From: a virus
Reading direction: 5' to 3' (one strand)
IMG/VR virus record: IMGVR_UViG_3300044844_000854
Coordinates: 32,001 to 96,000 of that record
Length of the DNA: 64,000 nt
Shown: positions 19,635 through 30,339 of the stretch, piece after piece
Numbering within the stretch: the first letter of the stretch is position 1
Layout of the letters: every line of letters starts with the position of its first letter
The notes under the pieces: model-generated
What the model was told of the DNA's origin: nothing
What the model saw: only the letters and a program-made list of their open reading frames with translations
The model's database searches: none
Program-made: the position numbers and the translations under genes

Positions 19635-22600
19635 ATGACAGCTACACACAATACTAGCAAACAAAACAGTCATAAGCCTTATAAGAACTATACACAAGTA
19701 GCTTTCCAACAAGGCAAACCTGTATTAGATTATGAACTTAATGATGCACAATCAGTAGTTTTACAACAAATTACAAGTCACCTACAAACACTTGAACAAT
19801 TTTGTGGTATAGAAACATCACCTAGTGAATTTGCTATTGTTCCATTATCCTTTGCAGATCGTGGTAAGAATGATAGAAATATTTCAAACTTTGGTATCAC
19901 TCTTGGTAGATTACCTACTAAATTTGGTGTGATTGATACTACTCACCTAAAGGAAGTTGGTAAAGGTAATACTATTGCTTTTGACTACCATAGGTTAGAA
20001 TTAAATAACATTCATACAACAGAAGATCATGTTTATGAAAACTACCTACTTAAAGGTAAAATTACAGGATATGATAGTGCAACAAGAGTAATTACAGATG
20101 AACATAAGGACTTTTCTAAGACTCACCTTGATTTAGTTCAAACTACTAAGCAATACACTTTATCACATTCAGATACAGATAGTGTTACACTAAATGTAAT
20201 CTCTAATGGTGCAGATATTGTATTTACTAGTTGTGCAAATTCAGGTTTAAATGGAACTAGAAGATCAATCTTATCTATCCCTACAAGTAATTCTATCTAT
20301 ATTGGACTTCCAATTGGTCTTACAGTAGGCGATGAATATGTAATTATCCCCAAGAACAACTTTAGTGCAATTAAAAAATCATTTGATGATGAAACAACAT
20401 TTACAAACACAATTTCAGGTCAAGAGGCTAATCCCATTGTAATCACTTATGTTCAATCATTCATTGAAGATATTGCAAGTGAAGAAGATGAAGAAATTAA
20501 ATTAAGTGCAATTGGTATGGAAACTACTCACCGTAAACAACTTAGATGGTGTGTTAGAACTTCTAGAGCATTTTTAAGCTCAACTGATTTAGCAAAACTT
20601 GTATTACAAGAAAACAATGTAAATGTAGGTGTATATTCTAAATATTCAAGAGAATTACTTGGTGCATATACACCATTTGAACAACCTGTAGACACATTCT
20701 TAGACACATTCTTAAACACACAATCTGAACTACAAGAAAACGGGGATTTAAAAACACCTTTAGCAACACAGGTAATGCCTATATCATTAAAACTAGGCAA
20801 TTTAGAAGCACCTGAATTATCTCAAAGCTATAACAATGTATACCAAAGCAAAGGTATCTCTAGTCAATCCTTCTTTGTTAAGAATAGAGCAAGTGTATTA
20901 TCTATCAAAACACTAAAGGCAGTTCTATTACAGGTATTACAAGGCAACACATCACTTAATACAGAAGATGCTTTAGGTAGTGAATTTGACATCTCTATTC
21001 TACAGGTACATACTGCATCATCTAAAAGAGAAGGAAATAGCATAGTACGAAATGATACTCTTTCACCTTATTTGTATGCAGGTTTTGTGTATGAAACACC
21101 TACTGTAGCTAATACACCTATGGCTATCCCAATGTTTAACCCATTTAAACAAGGTGTACCTGAAGGTTTTCCTGTAATTGTAGATGGTTACTTCTACCAA
21201 CCACCTAGAATTTTTCAATCACAATCAGAAATCTCTACAGAATTATTGCAAGCTAAATCAATGACTTATTCTTTAGGTTATATGCCTGAAAGTGATGATT
21301 TGATTACTTCACTTATGCCATTTAGTGAAAACACAGTATTCCAACCATTCACATTTAGATCAATTGTTCAAAGACAAAATAGTGATCTACAAATTACACC
21401 TATTGCATTTGAAACACTTGGTCAAAAATTAGCATTTAATGATATTTCTGCCATTGCTATGCTAGGTATTGGTAGTGCTTTCTCTATCAGTAATAACACC
21501 ATATTTGACGGATTTACTACTATACCAACTATTTCTGCAACAGGCTTTGATGGAATTGATGTAGGTTTTTCTGGTCAATTATCCACAACACAAAATACTA
21601 TCTTAGGGCTAAACGAATATAGTAAGAATGTATTTGGTGGTATTGTTTTCTCAAATCCAATTCTTGCAGGTGATATTCCTAGCATTGCAACTCAAATCAA
21701 TCACAAAGATAGCACTGATCAAACTTTGGTAGGTTATTATCTTCCTAAGGCAGTTGAAGATCAAGATGGTAATCAAACTCACTTTGTTAGCTATAATGAT
21801 AAAAAACTAGGTTATTCTCTCTATAAAGATGAACAAACTTTAAGAATGAGAGAATTTGAAAATGGTATTTTACAAGCATCTGTTTTTGCAAATACATTCA
21901 ATTTAAGAAAATTAGCAATCAAAACACAAGCATCACTAGAAGCAGATTTATTTACTCTTGATGTTCCACATGCTTTAGATATTTTTAGATCAGGATCAAT
22001 TCAATCTGCTATTTCTCAAGCACAGTATGACAATGCAAATACTCTTTTAGACACTAATCCTGAATATAGTTCTATTGTATATAATGCTATTCAGTTATCT
22101 GCATTCTCTGAAATTGCATTATCTTATGGATCTTCAATATCTGCTTATTTTGGTGTATCTCAATTCCCTGCAATTAGATCATTTCTATCTAATTCAAAGA
22201 TTATGGGTAACTTTTCATCAAGTGCTAATCCACTTAGTAATCTATTTAGTAGCAATATCAATGCATTACCTAGTTTACCATTCACTTTTTGGGGTAATAC
22301 TAACACACTAATCTCATCAAGTAATATTGGCAATTTATCTACTACTACTGTTGATTTAGGTACTGGTACATTTGATGTTGAATCTGTAAATTATCAATCA
22401 GGCAGTGTTTCTTTACAGTCTACTTATCGTGCATTTGATAGATCATACATTCAAAGTAATGATGACTTAGATCAATTACATGATACTCTTTTAGATCATG
22501 AATTAGGTGCTTGGGCAGTAAAGCGAATTTCATTTGATCAATTCCATACAAACACTTCTTTAGATGCATTACAATCTACATCTACATTTAGCAATAGAAA

Positions 22601-25600
22601 TACATCTGCATCGCTAAGATACCATGTAGGCGATTTCTATCCAGGTGAAGTAGATGCAAGGGGTATTCCTAGAAATCTTTTGGTAGATACTCTTAATCTC
22701 TATGTTAAATTAGAGCCACTACCTTTAGTGCATTGGTATACTATGCCTAAACACCAACATTCTGTTCTTGAGGGTAGCTTAGATGTAAGTGAGGCTATTG
22801 CAACATTGCTTGATATTTCTCATTCAAGAGGTATTCCTGATCACTTATTTAATTTGGGTAAGCAATTTACAACTAAACATATTGATAGTCAAAACACAAT
22901 TGTAGATAAAGCAGCACTTAATGTTGACTATTTCTTAAATAAAGCAAACACAGATAATCTAAACCTTGCATCAGGTTTTGATCAAGCTAATGATAAGACA
23001 AGTGGATTTATCTCTTTTGAATTTTCAGGAACTAATAATTCTCAGAATGGATATAGTGTTGTTAAAAACATTATCCCATCTTGGTTAGGTAGTAATTTTG
23101 CAAGCACACTACCTGGATTTGGATTATCTGCAAGAACAACACTTAATGAATCAGAAAAACAAGACCTTAGAAATAGTACTGCATCTAATAGTTTACTTAG
23201 CTATGCAAACACTAATTTAAATGTAGGTGATATTGATCCTATGGGTATCTCATTACCTAATCAAGCACAACCATTTATTCATTGGTATCACCCAAATATG
23301 GATAATATTAAATCTAAGAGTGCTACGATCTATACAAGTCCTTCATTTACTATTCCTGAAATGCAGATGTATGCAAAATGGGGTAGAAGATCATTGGTTA
23401 TTCCTGCATTAGTGCCTATGTCAACTAGTAATGATATTGCACAAGCATCTTTTCAAGGTTTATTTCAATCTGTAGGTGGTGGATATTCTACAAATATTCC
23501 TGCTGATGGTGATAATGATGGTATTCTTATCAATAATGCAGGTATACCTACTACTGATGTATTCGATTTTACTTCTAGCATTGGTGGATTAAATGTAATT
23601 ACCAAGTTCGACGGTGTTGAGCTTAGAACTATTGACGATCCACAATTATTAGCAGATGGTTACAATGCATCTATATATGCTGATACTTATACACATCATT
23701 CTAGTGGTTTAAATGGTAAATTTATTTTATCAGATAGACAACCTGATGGCACAAATACAGATATTGCACAAAATCAGGACTACTACAATAAATTCCCAAT
23801 GACACTAAACACCACTAGATTAAAGGTACAACAATCATTAGATTATACACCAAGTCAGGTTAGTGGTTTCATTAAACAAATTACACAAAGATCAGGTAAT
23901 CCAAGACCTGTATATTTACCTGCAAGTGCATATTTTTATAATAATGCTGTTACAAATACGGATAATGCAGGCACACTAACTGTAGATGAAACAATTACTA
24001 ATGGATCTGCAATATCTTCTCGCGTAGATGCAATGCAAACAGGCATGGGATTTCACCCTGCAATCAATTGGATTGGTAAATCATTTGCTGATATTAGACA
24101 AACAATCGCTACATCAGTAGGATTTGATGCATATAACAAAAAAGAATTTGATTTTAGATCATTCCCAACAGATGAAGATCAATTAATTTTTGAGCCTGCA
24201 ATTAGAAATGCAAATCAAACAATTCATACTGGTATTGCATCATTCAAAGGTATGCTTGGCACAGAAGAAGCATGGTCTACACCTGCAATGAGAGCTTGCT
24301 TATCTACTGAAACTGTAGCTTACTTGAACTTTATGACTAAGACATACACATTTATTCCAGGTCATGATAGTATTCACCCTTATGATGATGTTAGCTATTT
24401 TGCTGACTCTAAGGCAACACCTGTATGGCTTACAACATTAAAATCAGGTCTTGATAAAGTACCAGGTAAAGGTGTTGCTAAGGATACTGATACTGCTTAT
24501 GCAGGTAGTATGGGTACAAATATGCATACAACAGGTGCATCATTATTTATTGATGATTTGGTCTTTGGTGTAAATCGTGGCACATATCGTGATGCAAATG
24601 GTAATCCTGCTAGTGATTTATTTGAACTTGCATCTAAGAAAATTATTGAAGGACTTGCAAGTGGCATACAATCTTTTCAAGCTAAAGCTATTAAATATAC
24701 ACCAATTATCAATGCATTCTCTAAGGGTAGTATGCAGACCAAATTGCTATATAATTGTTCTTTAAGAGTATTACACTCTAGACCAAATAGCTCTAAGGTA
24801 GGACAATCTACTGCACCTAGATCACTTACAGAGATGTTTTTATGTGTTGATGGTGAAAATAATAGATTGATTGCATTACCTAGATCAACTATGGATAAAG
24901 CAGAATACAAGCCATATATTCATGTTCAAGGTATCTCTAAGGCTCTCAATCATGATTATGTAGCAACTAGTGAAGATCACCCAAATCACAAGTATATGCA
25001 ACATTTAGATAGCATGATTAGTGATACACTTGGTATTGGTCAATCATTTGATAATGCTACACCATTTATCTCTGAGCAACCATTGGCATATAAGAATGCA
25101 ATTCCTTTAGCTAGTTTTGTTGAAACTGATCCTTGTAGTTGTGAAGGTGAACCATTAAGACAGGTAACATCACAAGATTATACTACTGCTAGAAATGGTG
25201 ATACATTCAATGCAGATCCATTTGATTTTGCATATGATAGATCAACTAAAGTAACACTAGATGAGACAAATTTAAGTGGCATCAATCCAATGATTTCTGC
25301 AAGTTCAAGCAATAGTGGTGTTGAATATGAATTGCTATCATCTCTTAGTGCTTTACACCAACAAGCTAGTGATATTGGATTGACTGCAAATATTGGTAAG
25401 AGTACTCATGCAAACTCATACACACTACAGGATTTAATTCCTACTGCAAATGAGATGACATTGCCAGGTGATCATGAGATTACATTTGTTCTCTACACAG
25501 GTAAGCATGGTCAAATGTATGTAGAAGATATGTTAGAGTCATTTAATCCCAATGTTGCAGGATGTCATATTAAGGCAACTATTGAGATCAACAGACCAAC

Positions 25601-25733
25601 ACAATACATTTCATCTACTGCACAAGAGAATGTACACTATGGTAAGACACTTGATGGACAACCAATTGAAACATACAAGATTGCAGGTGGTACACCACAA
25701 ATTCTTACAGATATGACTGTAGTTACTCTTTGA
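19635..25733 (+). CDS. Large tail/baseplate fibre-like structural protein (DUF6519-like N-terminus)
   Basis: 2032 aa; N-terminal Y..V.FQQGKPVLD.ELNDAQ and ETT.R.QL.W.V motifs typical of DUF6519-like CIS/phage tail proteins. Confidence 0.65.
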   Translation: MTATHNTSKQNSHKPYKNYTQVAFQQGKPVLDYELNDAQSVVLQQITSHLQTLEQFCGIETSPSEFAIVPLSFADRGKNDRNISNFGITLGRLPTKFGVIDTTHLKEVGKGNTIAFDYHRLELNNIHTTEDHVYENYLLKGKITGYDSATRVITDEHKDFSKTHLDLVQTTKQYTLSHSDTDSVTLNVISNGADIVFTSCANSGLNGTRRSILSIPTSNSIYIGLPIGLTVGDEYVIIPKNNFSAIKKSFDDETTFTNTISGQEANPIVITYVQSFIEDIASEEDEEIKLSAIGMETTHRKQLRWCVRTSRAFLSSTDLAKLVLQENNVNVGVYSKYSRELLGAYTPFEQPVDTFLDTFLNTQSELQENGDLKTPLATQVMPISLKLGNLEAPELSQSYNNVYQSKGISSQSFFVKNRASVLSIKTLKAVLLQVLQGNTSLNTEDALGSEFDISILQVHTASSKREGNSIVRNDTLSPYLYAGFVYETPTVANTPMAIPMFNPFKQGVPEGFPVIVDGYFYQPPRIFQSQSEISTELLQAKSMTYSLGYMPESDDLITSLMPFSENTVFQPFTFRSIVQRQNSDLQITPIAFETLGQKLAFNDISAIAMLGIGSAFSISNNTIFDGFTTIPTISATGFDGIDVGFSGQLSTTQNTILGLNEYSKNVFGGIVFSNPILAGDIPSIATQINHKDSTDQTLVGYYLPKAVEDQDGNQTHFVSYNDKKLGYSLYKDEQTLRMREFENGILQASVFANTFNLRKLAIKTQASLEADLFTLDVPHALDIFRSGSIQSAISQAQYDNANTLLDTNPEYSSIVYNAIQLSAFSEIALSYGSSISAYFGVSQFPAIRSFLSNSKIMGNFSSSANPLSNLFSSNINALPSLPFTFWGNTNTLISSSNIGNLSTTTVDLGTGTFDVESVNYQSGSVSLQSTYRAFDRSYIQSNDDLDQLHDTLLDHELGAWAVKRISFDQFHTNTSLDALQSTSTFSNRNTSASLRYHVGDFYPGEVDARGIPRNLLVDTLNLYVKLEPLPLVHWYTMPKHQHSVLEGSLDVSEAIATLLDISHSRGIPDHLFNLGKQFTTKHIDSQNTIVDKAALNVDYFLNKANTDNLNLASGFDQANDKTSGFISFEFSGTNNSQNGYSVVKNIIPSWLGSNFASTLPGFGLSARTTLNESEKQDLRNSTASNSLLSYANTNLNVGDIDPMGISLPNQAQPFIHWYHPNMDNIKSKSATIYTSPSFTIPEMQMYAKWGRRSLVIPALVPMSTSNDIAQASFQGLFQSVGGGYSTNIPADGDNDGILINNAGIPTTDVFDFTSSIGGLNVITKFDGVELRTIDDPQLLADGYNASIYADTYTHHSSGLNGKFILSDRQPDGTNTDIAQNQDYYNKFPMTLNTTRLKVQQSLDYTPSQVSGFIKQITQRSGNPRPVYLPASAYFYNNAVTNTDNAGTLTVDETITNGSAISSRVDAMQTGMGFHPAINWIGKSFADIRQTIATSVGFDAYNKKEFDFRSFPTDEDQLIFEPAIRNANQTIHTGIASFKGMLGTEEAWSTPAMRACLSTETVAYLNFMTKTYTFIPGHDSIHPYDDVSYFADSKATPVWLTTLKSGLDKVPGKGVAKDTDTAYAGSMGTNMHTTGASLFIDDLVFGVNRGTYRDANGNPASDLFELASKKIIEGLASGIQSFQAKAIKYTPIINAFSKGSMQTKLLYNCSLRVLHSRPNSSKVGQSTAPRSLTEMFLCVDGENNRLIALPRSTMDKAEYKPYIHVQGISKALNHDYVATSEDHPNHKYMQHLDSMISDTLGIGQSFDNATPFISEQPLAYKNAIPLASFVETDPCSCEGEPLRQVTSQDYTTARNGDTFNADPFDFAYDRSTKVTLDETNLSGINPMISASSSNSGVEYELLSSLSALHQQASDIGLTANIGKSTHANSYTLQDLIPTANEMTLPGDHEITFVLYTGKHGQMYVEDMLESFNPNVAGCHIKATIEINRPTQYISSTAQENVHYGKTLDGQPIETYKIAGGTPQILTDMTVVTL

Positions 25734-25822
25734 TAAATAAGCTAAAATAAGAATATTGATTGAATTTCTTTTAGATAAGGTATAATATCTCTGTATCACA
25801 TTAAAAAACGGAGATAGAAAAA

Positions 25823-26197
25823 ATGGCAGCAATTCCTTACGATAGTCCATATAAGGCTACAACTAAAGAAATTACATGGGATACAACAAATCCATTAAAC
25901 TTAACAACAGATGCAAAATTAGATGGCACAAGAGCATTTAGATTAGCCGTATCATCTTTGCCTGCAGGAGCAACAATCTCTTTACAAGGTGCATTGATTG
26001 AAACACCATCTTTAGATGCACATTGGTCAACCATTTCTAGCTTGACTTCAAGTGGATTTATTACTGATTTTGATAATCACTATAAGATTATGCCACATAA
26101 GGTTAGATTAAAACAAACTGCAGGTGCTACTACATCAAATGCTACTAAAGTGCTTGTTGTATCTAAGCATATTCCACCTGAATTAACTAAGCCTTAA
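25823..26197 (+). CDS. Hypothetical beta-rich virion protein
   Basis: 124 aa; motif/RBS upstream; in the structural region. Confidence 0.5.
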   Translation: MAAIPYDSPYKATTKEITWDTTNPLNLTTDAKLDGTRAFRLAVSSLPAGATISLQGALIETPSLDAHWSTISSLTSSGFITDFDNHYKIMPHKVRLKQTAGATTSNATKVLVVSKHIPPELTKP

Positions 26198-26227
26198 TAG
26201 ATAGCATAAAAAAACGGAGATTACAAA

Positions 26228-26824
26228 ATGGAAAAGATTTTAGAATTCTTAGCTAAACAATACTTAAAGACTAATAACATTGCACCTACTACAAGTGATT
26301 TGATTTCATTGTTAGAAATCTGTCAACAAGAAAGCACATACTCTCAAGCAGTGCAAGCAAAGATTTTGGATATTCAAAAACCTGTATCTGTTATTCAGCA
26401 AGTAGGTAGTAATGCGATTGCTAAATTTAAAACAATCATTGTAAATGGCAAGAAAGTACAAGTACCTGTTCAAGGTGGCACAACTACTACTGCTACTACT
26501 AAGGTTGTTGATAAGAGTAGCCCAAATGGTGCTATTGCATTGATTGATATTATTAAAGGTGCTACAGGTGATACACTAATCAATAGTGATGTATCTAAAT
26601 GGCTTGTGGATAGTCCAAAAACTATGGAACTTCCCTTTAGTGATTTTGTTCTTACTAGTGATATTGTTGTATTTACTCAAGGTAATACTACTTGTTTTGG
26701 TATTACTACTAAGCCTATTACAAGTGAATTACTAGAAGTATTTGTATGGATTTCTAAGCCACAAGTTTTATCCATTCCGTTTTCTTCTGTATCTAAAGTA
26801 TATCGTTTATTACAAGAACCATAA
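26228..26824 (+). CDS. Hypothetical protein
   Basis: 198 aa; motif/RBS upstream. Confidence 0.5.
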   Translation: MEKILEFLAKQYLKTNNIAPTTSDLISLLEICQQESTYSQAVQAKILDIQKPVSVIQQVGSNAIAKFKTIIVNGKKVQVPVQGGTTTTATTKVVDKSSPNGAIALIDIIKGATGDTLINSDVSKWLVDSPKTMELPFSDFVLTSDIVVFTQGNTTCFGITTKPITSELLEVFVWISKPQVLSIPFSSVSKVYRLLQEP

Positions 26825-26848
26825 GCATAAAAAACGGAGAATAACAAA

Positions 26849-27217
26849 ATGACTATGACTACAATATTAGAACAATTACTACCTATTATGGGTACTGTTG
26901 TAAGTGCAATTGTTTCTTATGTACTCACTCTTCTAGCTAAGAGATACCAACTACAATTAAGCAATGAACAAGAAACTCAATTAAGACTTACTGTTCGTTC
27001 TGCTATTGCAGGTGCTGAAGAATGGGGTGCAAGAAAAATGAATGTTGAAAAACTTGATTATGTTAGTGGTAAGGAAAAGGCAGATTATGCTTTAGCTATC
27101 ATTAAGAGTTTATACCCAAAAGCAGAACAAGAAGATATGTTAAAGCTGATTGACTGTGAAATTGCTACTATGCAAGACTTGGGTGCAACTAAAAGAAAAA
27201 TCGACATTGAAATCTAA
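26849..27217 (+). CDS. Putative holin (LL-H-like)
   Basis: One N-terminal TM helix, then V.SAI.GAEE and GKEK.DYA, the LL-H holin signature. Confidence 0.7.
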   Translation: MTMTTILEQLLPIMGTVVSAIVSYVLTLLAKRYQLQLSNEQETQLRLTVRSAIAGAEEWGARKMNVEKLDYVSGKEKADYALAIIKSLYPKAEQEDMLKLIDCEIATMQDLGATKRKIDIEI

Positions 27218-27227
27218 GGTATAATAA

Positions 27228-27359
27228 ATGATAACAAGCATTGTCACTATCTTAGCTACTGCACTTACACCTGTTATTGTTAAGGCTATTGAAAAAGCAC
27301 TTGATTTAGATAAGCCTACTACCAAAAAACCTACTAAAAAGAAAAAAACGGAAGGTTAA
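27228..27359 (+). CDS. Unannotated 43-aa peptide with hydrophobic N-terminus and Lys-rich C-terminus
   Basis: MITSIVTILATALTPVIVKAIEKALDLDKPTTKKPTKKKKTEG; AAGG upstream; fills the gap after the holin. Confidence 0.55.
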   Translation: MITSIVTILATALTPVIVKAIEKALDLDKPTTKKPTKKKKTEG

Positions 27360-27361
27360 AA

Positions 27362-27706
27362 ATGGCAGGATTACATAACATAGAAATCATACAAGGATCA
27401 ACATTTACACTAGAGATACAATGGAAAGATGCAGATGATACACCTATCTCTTTAGATGGATTTCAAATTCATATGCAAATTAGAAAATCTTTTGAAGATA
27501 ACTCTACACCACTTGTTGATTTATCTCTAGGTAATGGTATAACTCTTACAGGTGAAATTGGTGGACTTAAAATCACAATTCCACATACTGTTACTAGAAA
27601 TATTACACAATCCACAGCAAAGTATGATATAGAAATTACTACACCTGATGAAGTAATCAATCTTCTTCGTGGCAATGTAAATATCATAGGAGAAATTACA
27701 AGATGA
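27362..27706 (+). CDS. Ig-like tail-fibre adaptor protein (LtfC/BppU-like)
   Basis: I.QGSTF, LDG....MQIR, YDIEI, L.G.V.I..EITR. Confidence 0.65.
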   Translation: MAGLHNIEIIQGSTFTLEIQWKDADDTPISLDGFQIHMQIRKSFEDNSTPLVDLSLGNGITLTGEIGGLKITIPHTVTRNITQSTAKYDIEITTPDEVINLLRGNVNIIGEITR

Positions 27707-28041
27707 GTATCGTAACAAATCCATCTAAAGGTATTGTTGTTATTAAAGAACGAGGATTAAGAGGTGCTACAGGTCCATCTTCTGTATCTTCCGAACGGAT
27801 TGAGATTACGGTTTCAAATCCTATTCCACAACCATACACTTATGTTTTTCCTAAGAATATTAGTACAGATGCTAATATGTCACCCCTTGTTCAGGTAGAA
27901 TTGAATGGATTATCTGCTGTTCTTACAGATGATTTTACAGTCGATTTAAATACTAGAACATTTACTTGGACTTCACCTATTACACTTATCGCAAATGATA
28001 AGCTAGTTATTAGGTATGTTCCATCATCTATCCCTGTTTAA
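27703..28041 (+). CDS. Hypothetical fibre-associated protein
   Basis: Short collagen-like GLRGATGP segment; V.LNG...DF pattern. Confidence 0.5.
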   Translation: MSIVTNPSKGIVVIKERGLRGATGPSSVSSERIEITVSNPIPQPYTYVFPKNISTDANMSPLVQVELNGLSAVLTDDFTVDLNTRTFTWTSPITLIANDKLVIRYVPSSIPV

Positions 28042-28074
28042 AAGACAAACCCTTAAAAAAACGGAGCTTATAAA

Positions 28075-29436
28075 ATGGCACAAATTAGACCAGAGCAAAT
28101 TAAATTAACAGAGAATACACTCTTAGTTGGTGTACTTGAAAACGGTGCAGAAGTAGCTAAAGCATTACCATTAAATACAGACGGTAATGTATCTTTCTCT
28201 ATTGTAGATGGTGCTTTAAAATTATCTGTAGATGCAGGTGGTATTACTGCTACTGAAATTGCAGATGGTACAATCACATCAGAGAAATTCGCACAAGGTG
28301 CAATTACTACAGATGCTATTGATGATTATAGCATTTTACCTGTAAAGCTAACTGCTGATCCTGATGAAACATTTGTATTTCAAACATCAAATCAAGATTG
28401 GAATGATAAAGCAGTTCTTCAAGTTTATGGTATTCCTGTTTCTGATGAAGATGTTGTTAATAAAGCATATGTAGATAGTGTTGCAACAGGTCTTGATTTT
28501 AAAGAAAGTGTTATCCTTGCTTTAGATTATGATGTAGATGCATTAAATGGTCTTTTTGCAAATCCTGATCAATCCTTAATTACAAGTGCAGGTGCTGAAT
28601 ATCGTTTATTGCTTTTAGGTCAAAATAATCCTATTGAAAACGGTATCTATCAAGTACAAACATGGACTAACGGTGGTAATGATATTGCTATTATCAGAGC
28701 CCAAGATGCAGATTCATCTTCTGAATTAAATACAGGTGCATTTGTATATGTTGAAGCAGGAGAATATCAAGGTGCAGGCTATGTCTTACAAGCTAATCAA
28801 GACGGTACTTCACCACAAGTAGGTGTAGATGCAATTAACTTTGTTCAATTTAACGGTGCTACATCTCTTACTGCAGGTGAAGGTATCACTAAGCCAGCTG
28901 CAAATACAATTGCAGTAAAGATTGATGCAAATTCAAGTGCATTACAATTCTTAAATGATAACTCTTTAGCTTTAAGCATCAATTCAAATGCATTAAGTAT
29001 TGATCAAAATGGATTATCTATTATTTGTACTACAGGATCAGGTATTCAAGTAGGTGGTAATGGATTAGAACTTATCATTGATGAAAATTCTGTTATTGTA
29101 AATCAAGCTAATGAATTACAAGCAGCTATTATGCATTCATCTACACTTTCAGGTGCATTCCAATCAGGCACAGGTGTAACAGGTTATTCTGTATCTCGTG
29201 ATCCTATTAGCGATGGTAAATTCTTATTGCTTGTAAATGGTATTGCACAAAGACTTGGTGATGGCACTTCTGTTGGTTGTGATGCATTCTTCTGTGTAGG
29301 TGTAGGCAACCAATCACCACTCAATCTATCTCAAGTTCTTGCAGGTCATGCTCTTTATTGGAATACAAGTGTTGCAGGTTTTGCTCTTGAAGGTACTGAT
29401 TATATTGACTTAATCTATCAAACAAATGACTACTAA
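28075..29436 (+). CDS. Fibre/decoration-type structural protein
   Basis: NKAYVD..ATGLD.KESV, RLLL..Q....ENGIY, RA.DAD, GAFVYVE.G, F.QF.G repeats seen in phage fibre proteins. Confidence 0.65.
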   Translation: MAQIRPEQIKLTENTLLVGVLENGAEVAKALPLNTDGNVSFSIVDGALKLSVDAGGITATEIADGTITSEKFAQGAITTDAIDDYSILPVKLTADPDETFVFQTSNQDWNDKAVLQVYGIPVSDEDVVNKAYVDSVATGLDFKESVILALDYDVDALNGLFANPDQSLITSAGAEYRLLLLGQNNPIENGIYQVQTWTNGGNDIAIIRAQDADSSSELNTGAFVYVEAGEYQGAGYVLQANQDGTSPQVGVDAINFVQFNGATSLTAGEGITKPAANTIAVKIDANSSALQFLNDNSLALSINSNALSIDQNGLSIICTTGSGIQVGGNGLELIIDENSVIVNQANELQAAIMHSSTLSGAFQSGTGVTGYSVSRDPISDGKFLLLVNGIAQRLGDGTSVGCDAFFCVGVGNQSPLNLSQVLAGHALYWNTSVAGFALEGTDYIDLIYQTNDY

Positions 29437-29542
29437 TATTTAAGATAGATAGATTTAATAGCATAAAAACACAATATCATTTATAATCCCTTAGAAATAA
29501 TGCTATATATAAGACATTCTAAAAACAAACTAAGGAGATTAT

Positions 29543-30052
29543 ATGGCTATCGTCCCTGCAAAACAGATTGCACCATTTACAATGAAAACGGCATCATTTA
29601 CTACTAATCTATTGGATTTAAATAATTACTCACAGAGATCACATACACAAGTTCTTACACTTACTAATGTTCCTAGAGCATTTATTAGAACAATTAGATT
29701 AAGTAGAACACCTGCATCATTTAATACAGGAACTTATGGTGATTATACAGGTCAAAGTGGTTATAATATTGCAGTAAAACTATATGATTTCGTTACCATT
29801 TCTACTAATTACTCAGATATTTACTACACTAAAGATAGCTCTACATTAAGTTCAAATACAGGGTATGACGCATCTACATCAGGTATTGTATTAGATTTTA
29901 ATATGGATACATGGTATTCTAATCAAGCTATTGGAACAAATAATATCTACTTACCTATTGTCATTCAAGATAATACTGCTATTAGTGGTGGTCATGGCAC
30001 AAGTGTTAAGTATGATGTTGTTGTTTATTATGATAGTGTTAATGCTGTTTAA
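29543..30052 (+). CDS. Hypothetical beta-rich protein
   Basis: 169 aa; RBS AAGGAG. Confidence 0.55.
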   Translation: MAIVPAKQIAPFTMKTASFTTNLLDLNNYSQRSHTQVLTLTNVPRAFIRTIRLSRTPASFNTGTYGDYTGQSGYNIAVKLYDFVTISTNYSDIYYTKDSSTLSSNTGYDASTSGIVLDFNMDTWYSNQAIGTNNIYLPIVIQDNTAISGGHGTSVKYDVVVYYDSVNAV

Positions 30053-30067
30053 ACTAAGGAGATTATT

Positions 30068-30328
30068 ATGTTTGGCATTTTTTATAAGCCCGAAAAAATC
30101 AATAATGTGGAAACACTTATAGGCTACCCTGCTTGTATGATTTCTACAGAAAAAAAAGGAAATGAAAATAACTTGGGAACAAACTATTGTAAAGTTCTCA
30201 CAGGTATTGCAACTGATGATATTAAACCTATCTCTAGGGTAATTACTAATCCTACAGATAAATGTAGTCATGCTTTCCTTTGGTTACCATTAACAATTAC
30301 ACCACAAGATTTAGGCATTCAAATCTAA
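30068..30328 (+). CDS. Hypothetical protein
   Basis: 86 aa; RBS AAGGAG. Confidence 0.5.
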   Translation: MFGIFYKPEKINNVETLIGYPACMISTEKKGNENNLGTNYCKVLTGIATDDIKPISRVITNPTDKCSHAFLWLPLTITPQDLGIQI

Positions 30329-30339
30329 AGGATTAAACA

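Noticed and set aside
1083-25733. Stand-alone eCIS/tailocin locus in a bacterial chromosome
   Set aside because: It is contiguous with neck-like genes and a phage-type replication, recombination and DNA-modification region. No Afp15-like ATPase or bacterial housekeeping context is seen.
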